Source of the DNA: an uncultured Lachnospiraceae bacterium
Lineage (GTDB): Bacteria > Bacillota > Clostridia > Lachnospirales > Lachnospiraceae
Direction: 5' to 3'
DNA length: 64,000 bases
Assembly: GCA_902775485.1 (NCBI GenBank)
Contig: CACYMJ010000002.1
Location: 48,031-112,030 of the forward strand
Shown here: piece after piece, positions 57,127 through 64,000 of the stretch
Position numbering within the stretch: position 1 is the first letter of the stretch
Layout of the letters: every line of letters begins with the position of its first letter
Made by a program: the position numbers and the translations under genes
Notes under the pieces: generated by a model
Databases searched by the model: none
What the model was told of the DNA's origin: nothing
What the model saw: only the letters and a program-made list of their open reading frames with translations

Positions 57127-58502
57127 CTTTTCAGTCTGATTCTCTGTTTTATCTCATCCTTGATCGGCAGATTCATAAACTCCTCTTTTTTCTCAGTATG
57201 CATCGGGTAAAGGGCATCCTGCGGATTGATTGCGTTTATTACACTTGCCAGCATTTTCGGTGTTGCATGACCGCTTGTATGCAAGTCATATTCGATCTCC
57301 ACTCCTTTTGCTTTCTGTCGTTCGACGAAATCAAACCACTCCTTTTTGAATGCTTTATGTTTGGGATTTAAGTACCCATTCCACATAGAGAATATTAAAA
57401 CTGGCATCTGTTTAATCCTATTAGCTTTATAGGCTTCAACAAATGCGTCAATGTAGTGTTCATGATAATCCTCAGGCTTTATCACGGCAATAAAACCATA
57501 ATCTTCCATCATCTCCTGCTGTGTTTTAGGATTATCCCAATTTGGATGTGAGTAAGTTTTGGTCGAATCTGCGTCGAACTGATATACATTATCAAACTTG
57601 TAAACAGATGCAAATGATCCGGCCGTGTCTGTGTAGAGTTTCAACTGTTTGATAAAATAGTAGCTATAGACATACATATTTCTGCCGTATGGATGACCAG
57701 CATCCTGAGCCGCCTGATAAAAGCTTGCGAGTGAATCAACATTTGTTGACGAGCATATAAGAAATGCATATTTATGTTTCATAAGATACTTTGTAGCCTT
57801 TAGCTGCATCTGAGGTTCTGAAATAACTCTCTCTCGTGAGCGACTCATCATTGTTCCTTCGATCACAAGCGCATCGATGCTTCGTTTATTGAACCTCCTA
57901 ATATACTTCTTGATCAAGGTCAGCATCACATTTCCGCGTCTTCCATGTCCACGGAAATCTCCCGTATGAACGACTTTGTATTTCCCGGATTTCGTATTGG
58001 GATCACAAACCTCAAAAAGAAACAGGTAAGCATCATAAGCAGAATGATCCACGCTATATGGTTCAACAACAAAGCCCTCTATATCTTTTACATGATCATA
58101 AAATATTCCATTCCAGTTAAACGTCTTTACCCTTTTATCATCATTTAGCACGGCCGCCTCCTCCAGGTGCAATTGTGCCTCTTCCTTAGGTATATACGGA
58201 TTCTTTCCCAAGGCTTCTTGGATGTTGATCATTGCCTGGCGAGCCACATCGCCCATGTATAATGGAATATGAGACGGGATTTCCATCAACCTTCCCACAT
58301 GATCGCCATGATAATGTGTAAAAAAGACCGCATCCACTGGTTCATCATCCCATGGGTAATCGAAGTCTTTTTCATTATCACTTCCGGGCAGGGATGACCC
58401 ATAATCAACCATGATCCGGTGTATCTCACCGTTAATCATGCTTGAAATAACCGTAACACATCCGCCTATTTGATTACCCTGATATATCTTTACATGTTCC
58501 AT
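57123..58502 (-). CDS. MBL-fold beta-CASP-like (RNase J/Cft2-type) nuclease
   Basis: FFTHYHGDHVG (HxHxDH), VVHTGDFRGHG, C-terminal LHTSGHAT…LYPMHTE. Confidence 0.75.
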   Translation of the reverse strand: MEHVKIYQGNQIGGCVTVISSMINGEIHRIMVDYGSSLPGSDNEKDFDYPWDDEPVDAVFFTHYHGDHVGRLMEIPSHIPLYMGDVARQAMINIQEALGKNPYIPKEEAQLHLEEAAVLNDDKRVKTFNWNGIFYDHVKDIEGFVVEPYSVDHSAYDAYLFLFEVCDPNTKSGKYKVVHTGDFRGHGRRGNVMLTLIKKYIRRFNKRSIDALVIEGTMMSRSRERVISEPQMQLKATKYLMKHKYAFLICSSTNVDSLASFYQAAQDAGHPYGRNMYVYSYYFIKQLKLYTDTAGSFASVYKFDNVYQFDADSTKTYSHPNWDNPKTQQEMMEDYGFIAVIKPEDYHEHYIDAFVEAYKANRIKQMPVLIFSMWNGYLNPKHKAFKKEWFDFVERQKAKGVEIEYDLHTSGHATPKMLASVINAINPQDALYPMHTEKKEEFMNLPIKDEIKQRIRLKS

Positions 58503-58525
58503 CGAACTTCCCCTATAGTTTTTTC

Positions 58526-59683
58526 CTATCGTAATATCTGTACGATATTATACGCACCTTCTTTTGTAGGGAAACCCGCCAACGTTTTGTCCCGCCACTT
58601 CTTTCCGTTTTCAGTTTCAATATACTCTCTTGCCGAATCAGTATAAACCAAGACTATCTCCTGGTTGCCGAATAATTCTAGTTTTGATAAATCAGCTTCG
58701 CACATATCCTTTGACACGCCCCTCAATCCCAACTTGTTGTATAAGGTAAGAATATCTTGCGCCTCTTTCAATCGCAATTTCATATAATCAAGATGCTTTG
58801 TAATGTATTTGTCCATATTGATCATATGCGCCCTCAAGCCGCTTCCATCTTCTTCGCTGTCCGTCATGGAATCTTTTATTGATTTAATTTCAACAAAGGC
58901 TAACTTTATAGGTTTTCCCTTATCATCATATCTAATGGCCAAACAATCAGTTTGATTGGCTTTGTTTATCCCCATATATCGAAAATCAGTTTTCTTCTCG
59001 GTATCATTTCCGTATTCATGTTGAAACTCCATATCATATACAAAATATCCGCCACAAAAGCTTCTATTATTCAGATAGTATTCCTGTTGTCTTTTCTTCT
59101 CAACTAAATTCCTTTTCCCTTCAATATATATCTTATGTATTCTGTCATAGGCTTTAATTGCTTTTCGGTTTTCGAAAAAATCCCATTTCTTATCAACATT
59201 AAAAAAATCGTTAATCATTCCAATCAGTTTGTGAATAGTTTTCTTGGCATAATCCTCAGGCAATTTATCAGCCGAACGAGAGAATTTGTCTATTTTTATG
59301 ACCTTTTTCTCTTCTTTCAATTTCTTTTCTCTTTCTTCCAACTTGTTTCTGTCCATTCCAATAGAGCTAAGAATGCCGATCCAATTATCAGAGTATCTTG
59401 CATGATTTGCGCTTATAGATACTTTGGGTCCCCTCTTATTTATACTCAAATCCCAAACAATATGATTATTATAATAAATCGTAACAGAATCTTGATTCGA
59501 TCTAAAACAAAGCATTAATTCAGGAATCGAATCATCACTTTCCGATTTCTTTACCAAATCAACAAACTGCTTAAACGCGCCCTCTGTCAAGTGGTAATAC
59601 ATGGATTTCTTATATTCTTCTCCTGTTTTTTGGGCATCACTTTCCGGATACCATATTGCACGATTATTTAATTCTCTTCCCAT
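58526..59683 (-). CDS. PD-(D/E)xK nuclease-like protein, Shedu/DUF4263-like core in the C-terminal half
   Basis: …NQTDCLAIRYDDKGKPIKLAFVEIKS… has the D…ExK arrangement. The N-terminal 200 aa carry no recognisable motif. Confidence 0.4.
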   Translation of the reverse strand: MGRELNNRAIWYPESDAQKTGEEYKKSMYYHLTEGAFKQFVDLVKKSESDDSIPELMLCFRSNQDSVTIYYNNHIVWDLSINKRGPKVSISANHARYSDNWIGILSSIGMDRNKLEEREKKLKEEKKVIKIDKFSRSADKLPEDYAKKTIHKLIGMINDFFNVDKKWDFFENRKAIKAYDRIHKIYIEGKRNLVEKKRQQEYYLNNRSFCGGYFVYDMEFQHEYGNDTEKKTDFRYMGINKANQTDCLAIRYDDKGKPIKLAFVEIKSIKDSMTDSEEDGSGLRAHMINMDKYITKHLDYMKLRLKEAQDILTLYNKLGLRGVSKDMCEADLSKLELFGNQEIVLVYTDSAREYIETENGKKWRDKTLAGFPTKEGAYNIVQILR

Positions 59684-59947
59684 AGCAACTTCTAAAGCCT
59701 CCTTTTACATAATCAAGTGAATTATCCTACTTATTCATAAAAAGATTCCGAGCACTTAATAAATTAGATATACACAGGTAAAAATCTTCTTTAAAGGCAA
59801 CCTTTTCAGAGTCTTAATATTTTAACATATTCTATCATTCCGTATATTTAGCTACAAGCACTACAGTATGGGCTTAAATGACCTTTTTTTGCGAATATAT
59901 AGTGTATTTTTCTGAGCAGTCACATTCCCTACCATTTGTGCGTACAT

Positions 59948-59969
59948 TTTTACCCCAGATTTTACCCCA
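59948..59969. repeat. tandem direct repeat ttttacccca (x2, 2-nt spacer)
   Basis: Read directly, about 125 nt inside repeat copy B. Confidence 0.8.
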
Positions 59970-60017
59970 AATTTTTAAATTTAGACAGCTTTTGACAACA
60001 ACAGTCAAAAAGCAAAA

Positions 60018-60054
60018 AACCCTGCGATGCCTTATTTTACAGCATCACAGGGTT
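60018..60054 (-). terminator. 13-bp hairpin with a U-run on the minus strand
   Basis: aaccctgcgatgc / gcatcacagggtt (one mismatch). On the minus strand it is followed by ttttttgc. Confidence 0.5.
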
Positions 60055-60094
60055 TGACAGCATCTGACAGGTTACACACTTTTATCCTCAAGCG

Positions 60095-60130
60095 TGAGTG
60101 CTAACAAAAATTGTGAAAACTTTATGAACC
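60095..60130. repeat. 36-nt direct repeat, copy B
   Basis: tgagtgctaacaaaaattgtgaaaactttatgaacc. Carries only the right CIRCE half-site. Confidence 0.9.
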
Positions 60131-60181
60131 CCGCATTTTCCCGGTATCCCGTCCATGTTTCACTACAAATGAACTGCGAAG

Positions 60182-61693
60182 TTACTGTTCTTCACCGATC
60201 AATCCGATAAACAACCCGGCATATGTCATCACGATAAGAGGAACGACCTGCAAAAGGACACGGTTTCCCGAGTCTCCCACATATGCCGTCAGGCTGTCAC
60301 CCCGTCCGTAGGATACTGCAAGAACCATCAATATAAAACCGACGGTAAGCGTGATATCAAATGAACAGCCGGCACCGGCCGTCTCTTTTTTCCTAATGTA
60401 CATAAGCACATACTCGATTACGAGCAGCACCGTCATTGCAATGACAAAATGCGGGAACACTCCCCATCCGCTCTGTCTGAACAGGTTCTGACCGAACATT
60501 GTAAGGTTCGTAACATACAGGTCGGGCTTTCTTATGAACATCAGTATATTCCCCGCCGCAAGTGCGATCAGATAAACATACGGCATATACCGCACAAATC
60601 TCTTTCTGACATACGGATATATAAACAGAAGATACAGGCCCGTTGCACAAATGGACGCAATCAGCAGAACCGCCTTCTGCGGTGTTAAGAATACATATAT
60701 GTTATCAAGCAGATAGAACTGTACGAACAGCCTGAAACAATATCCTCCGAACAGCAGCGCCATCGGTACCGAAACAAATATGGCAAGTTTGCGTGCAATA
60801 TCCCTGTAGACAGAGACGCACAGCATAAGCCACAGAACAAACAGCGTTCCCTCGATCCTAAGAAATGCCAAACCCAGAAGCAGTACCGGTCCGACTCCGA
60901 TCTTATCGTCCTGCGTGTCGATCAATGTATAGGCGGCTATAAAGAAAAGCTCCATAAAATACATATTTGCAAGCGCCCAATGCCCGAGTATGACAAACGG
61001 AGTCGAGATAACCAAAACCGCCGTAACAACAACCGATGCAATGACCGCATGTTTTCCACACAGCCGCAGTTTTGCTCTTTCATATACACAGGACGCAAAA
61101 AACGCTATAAAACTGATATGGAAGCTTTCCCTTAAACCGAACGTCTCACCGAATCCGAAAAGAGCCGGCAGCGTATCAATGCATACCGATCCAAGCCCGG
61201 TGTCGGTCATGAACACGTCAAACTGATCGCGAAGATATCCGAAATGCACGATCGCGTCAGGATATCTGCTGAAATAATACATCGTATCATTGGATATCGA
61301 AACCGGTATAATACCCGATGTTGCAAGTGCCGCTGCGACAAGTACGACCACAAATGCGATCAGCATATTCCGTACAGCTTCAGGTGCGCCATGAGATCTT
61401 CTCATCACGGCAAGAGCCGCAAGCGCTTCGGCCGCGATAAAGAGCACAACCGTCCACGTATTGTACGGTATACCGGTAACAAGCATAGCATACGCCGTTA
61501 CGGAAAAAGCGCATACGCCTACAGGAAGCGCCAGAGCACATCTTTTCACGCACGAGAGGCTCTTCTTTGAAACAGTATCAGTCAATATCGCTCCGAAAAC
61601 AAAAAGTGCGATTATCACCAGATACTGCTTCAGGAAATACACTCCCCGCAGACGGGCCAGATATTCGGTTATAAGCATCTCAAGCCCGTTCAT
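60182..61693 (-). CDS. polytopic membrane protein (function unknown)
   Basis: 503 aa, 12 or more hydrophobic helices. Start overlaps the upstream stop. Confidence 0.6.
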   Translation of the reverse strand: MNGLEMLITEYLARLRGVYFLKQYLVIIALFVFGAILTDTVSKKSLSCVKRCALALPVGVCAFSVTAYAMLVTGIPYNTWTVVLFIAAEALAALAVMRRSHGAPEAVRNMLIAFVVVLVAAALATSGIIPVSISNDTMYYFSRYPDAIVHFGYLRDQFDVFMTDTGLGSVCIDTLPALFGFGETFGLRESFHISFIAFFASCVYERAKLRLCGKHAVIASVVVTAVLVISTPFVILGHWALANMYFMELFFIAAYTLIDTQDDKIGVGPVLLLGLAFLRIEGTLFVLWLMLCVSVYRDIARKLAIFVSVPMALLFGGYCFRLFVQFYLLDNIYVFLTPQKAVLLIASICATGLYLLFIYPYVRKRFVRYMPYVYLIALAAGNILMFIRKPDLYVTNLTMFGQNLFRQSGWGVFPHFVIAMTVLLVIEYVLMYIRKKETAGAGCSFDITLTVGFILMVLAVSYGRGDSLTAYVGDSGNRVLLQVVPLIVMTYAGLFIGLIGEEQ

Positions 61694-62412
61694 TTTGATA
61701 TCACCTCATCATAATACTTCCTGGATGCTATGTAATAACTGTCCGTATCATGGCTATTTGTGTGCTGCCAAATACATACGAGCTCGTCCGAATCGATGAT
61801 GTCTTCCGTGCAAATATACACGCGTGAGTCGCCTATGAACGAACTGTAGAACCAGTAGTGGTAAAAACCGTTGCTGTATTCTCCCTTGTACGGTGATAGC
61901 GGAAAGATATACCTTAGCATGTCGTTCGCAGGACCAAGATCCGCAAAATATGCTTTCTGTTCATCGGTCAGAACGACTCCGTTCAGGCTGTCATCCTTTA
62001 CGATATTTGCCCTGCTCAGTTCAAGATAACTCCACATATTAACGGCATGATAATAATAATACAGATAATAATCATCGAGATGCTTCTCGGGAAAATCACC
62101 ATTAACATCTATATCGTCACTTACCTGTCTGGCATCATTCGGAGTATATACGGTTTTGCCCTTCAGAAATTCATCAAGAAATGCATCCGGATATTCACCG
62201 GTTGAGATGAATTCCGGCTGATATATGCTCTGGTTCACCGGATGATAGCTCTTGATTATATTTCCGAGAGTCCTGAAATTGTATATACCGAAAAAAAAGA
62301 TCATTGCGACCGCATAGAGCGCAAGAACGATCCCTTTCTTTCTTTTCATTATGGGAATATGCAAAGCGACAAGGGCAACAGCCGTAACCGCGATCGATAT
62401 TATAAGCTTCAA
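61690..62412 (-). CDS. membrane-anchored hypothetical protein
   Basis: Two N-terminal TM helices followed by a Tyr/Asp-rich extracytoplasmic domain. Confidence 0.5.
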   Translation of the reverse strand: MKLIISIAVTAVALVALHIPIMKRKKGIVLALYAVAMIFFFGIYNFRTLGNIIKSYHPVNQSIYQPEFISTGEYPDAFLDEFLKGKTVYTPNDARQVSDDIDVNGDFPEKHLDDYYLYYYYHAVNMWSYLELSRANIVKDDSLNGVVLTDEQKAYFADLGPANDMLRYIFPLSPYKGEYSNGFYHYWFYSSFIGDSRVYICTEDIIDSDELVCIWQHTNSHDTDSYYIASRKYYDEVISK

Positions 62413-62463
62413 ATGACCTCTCCCATCTTCATATAGTATAATTCAAGCTTTGCCTATTTACAA

Positions 62464-62493
62464 TTGAAAACAGCCTGCAAAAAATGCTATAAT
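62464..62493 (+). promoter_or_regulatory. sigma-A type promoter
   Basis: TTGAAA, 18-nt spacer, TATAAT, 35 nt upstream of the start codon. Confidence 0.5.
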
Positions 62494-62527
62494 AATGTGT
62501 AATTTTTTTTACGAGGAGGACGTATAA

Positions 62528-63169
62528 ATGCAGGATTACAAGAAGATTGACCATTCCAAGAACAAGGACGTAGTATTACGTTACATTCCCGGGCATTTCA
62601 TCACGCCGAACACCCACGTCAATTATTACATGGATCTGACGGACATGAAGTCAAGACAGCGCGAAGCCAGGGCAACAGGCGAAGAACTCGCTGATCTCTA
62701 TCTTGCATCCGAGGTCATCGATACAATTCTCTGTCTTAACGGAACGGACATCGTCGGGGCATACATGGCGAACAAGCTGACCAAGGCCGGACTCGTATCC
62801 GCCAACCGCCATCAGACACTCTACATCACAAGTCCGGAGTACAACACAAGCGGACAGATGATGTTCCGTGAGAACAACCAGCACATGATCAAGAACAAAA
62901 AAGTGCTTGTTCTTATCGACTCGGCCACGACCGGAAGCACCCTTAAGAGCGCGATAGGTTCCATCAGATTCTACGGTGGGACATGCGTCGGCATATCGGC
63001 TATATTCTCAGTCGCAACACAGATAGACAATATACCGATAAGGTCCCTGTTCTCAACCAAGAACCTTCCCGACTACGCGAGCTATCACCCGGGTGAGTGC
63101 CCGCTTTGCTCCAAAAACGTACCTGTGGATGCAATATGTAACGGTTTCGGATATTCTACCGTACAGTGA
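62528..63169 (+). CDS. phosphoribosyltransferase family protein
   Basis: PRPP-binding loop KVLVLIDSATTGSTL. Confidence 0.75.
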   Translation: MQDYKKIDHSKNKDVVLRYIPGHFITPNTHVNYYMDLTDMKSRQREARATGEELADLYLASEVIDTILCLNGTDIVGAYMANKLTKAGLVSANRHQTLYITSPEYNTSGQMMFRENNQHMIKNKKVLVLIDSATTGSTLKSAIGSIRFYGGTCVGISAIFSVATQIDNIPIRSLFSTKNLPDYASYHPGECPLCSKNVPVDAICNGFGYSTVQ

Positions 63170-63210
63170 TTGATAATAACGATAAAAGAGGGGCGCTAAG
63201 CGCTCTTCTT

Positions 63211-64000
63211 TTATTTTTGTCCGAGAACCTCCCACCGTATACGGTTTAAAACATGCTTTTTATCCCCGCTCCAAAGCGGTGCGACAAGTATCTTCTTATC
63301 GCCGTCTCCGGTCAGTCTGTGAACTATAACATCATCAGGGATAATCTTTGCACATTGTTTGAGGATGTCGATATACTCATCCTCAGACATGACCTTTATG
63401 CGGCCTGCCAGATACTCTTTTTCAAGATCCGTTCCCTTCAGGATATGCAGAAGCTGCAGTTTTATCCCGTCGGACATATCGCATACGTAACGCACCGTAT
63501 CAAGCATATCCTCCGTCCTCTCACCCGGAAGCCCGAGTATGACATGCGTTATGACTTCAAGACCGTTTGAACGGAGTTTTTTTACAGCATCTTCATATAC
63601 GTGCAGATCATATCCCCTGCGGATATATTCGGCTGTACGCTCATGGATCGTCTGAAGTCCGAGCTCTACCCATACCGGTTTTATCCTGTTAAGCTCCGAT
63701 AACAGTTTTAATGTCTCATCCGGCAGACAGTCAGGTCTGGTTGCAACAGACAGTACCGCCGTATCCGGATGGTTTATTGCTTCCGTATACAGCTCCCTCA
63801 GCCTGTCAACCGGTGCATATGTCCCGGTATATGCCTGAAAATAAGCGATAAACTTACCGTCTTTTATCTTGGCCGATACTCTCTTTTTACCGTCTTCTAT
63901 CTGCATCGTAATGCTCTGTTGCGGATCGCCCGCAAACTCGCCGGCGCCTCCCGCCGAACAGAATATGCATCCCCTGTCATCTATCGTACCGTCACGATTG
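63211..64000 (-). CDS. TIGR01212-family radical SAM protein (5' end off the window)
   Basis: The frame stays open beyond the listed Met: …NRDGTIDDRGCIFCSAGGAGEFAG… (end of the CxxxCxxC cluster), followed by VELGLQTIHERT and ITHVILGLPGE. Confidence 0.85.
   Translation of the reverse strand, partial: NRDGTIDDRGCIFCSAGGAGEFAGDPQQSITMQIEDGKKRVSAKIKDGKFIAYFQAYTGTYAPVDRLRELYTEAINHPDTAVLSVATRPDCLPDETLKLLSELNRIKPVWVELGLQTIHERTAEYIRRGYDLHVYEDAVKKLRSNGLEVITHVILGLPGERTEDMLDTVRYVCDMSDGIKLQLLHILKGTDLEKEYLAGRIKVMSEDEYIDILKQCAKIIPDDVIVHRLTGDGDKKILVAPLWSGDKKHVLNRIRWEVLGQK

Larger units (their letters stand above)
51886..60094. mobile_element. 8.2-kb integrase-less accessory island inserted in the hsp20 promoter region
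   Basis: Flanked by the 36-nt direct repeat. AT-rich by hand count (about 28% GC in the 60-nt line at 59101). All cargo is accessory-type. No recombinase ORF. Confidence 0.55.

Overview
This is a 64-kb chromosomal segment of a Firmicute, most likely a gut or rumen Clostridia member. Supporting gene content: cellobiose phosphorylase with a LacI regulator, a GH13 lipoprotein, an InlB-B-repeat wall protein, a CIRCE-controlled hsp20, and a MoxR-DUF58-transglutaminase operon. I call about 60 protein genes, tRNA-Pro(UGG), tRNA-Arg(ACG), several intrinsic terminators and a perfect CIRCE operator. The backbone (1-6.7 kb, 18.3-51.8 kb, 60.1-64 kb) is ordinary metabolism, transport and envelope. Three visibly AT-rich accessory blocks stand out. 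(i, ii) Two integrase-less islands are stacked at the 3' end of tRNA-Pro, delimited by decaying copies of the tRNA 3' end (6699-6721, 9872-9891, 18277-18299). The outer island carries a VbhA-Fic toxin-antitoxin pair, a hairpin-rich non-coding element and a PadR/SEDS-like pair. The inner island carries a complete Gabija system (gajA-gajB), an AlbA_2/Schlafen-type ATPase with a 12-bp repeat shared between its coding region and its own upstream region, and an uncharacterised operon coupling a voltage-gated-type K+ channel to a HEPN-motif protein. (iii) An 8.2-kb island sits in the hsp20 promoter, flanked by a 36-nt direct repeat that includes half of the CIRCE operator. It carries a WYL regulator, a soluble MotA-cytoplasmic-domain-like protein, a SpoVK/CbbX-type AAA+ operon and a two-gene nuclease pair (Shedu/DUF4263-like PD-(D/E)xK protein plus beta-CASP MBL nuclease). 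I regard that nuclease pair as the best candidate for an undescribed defence module. All functional calls come from motif recognition by eye; no database search was possible.
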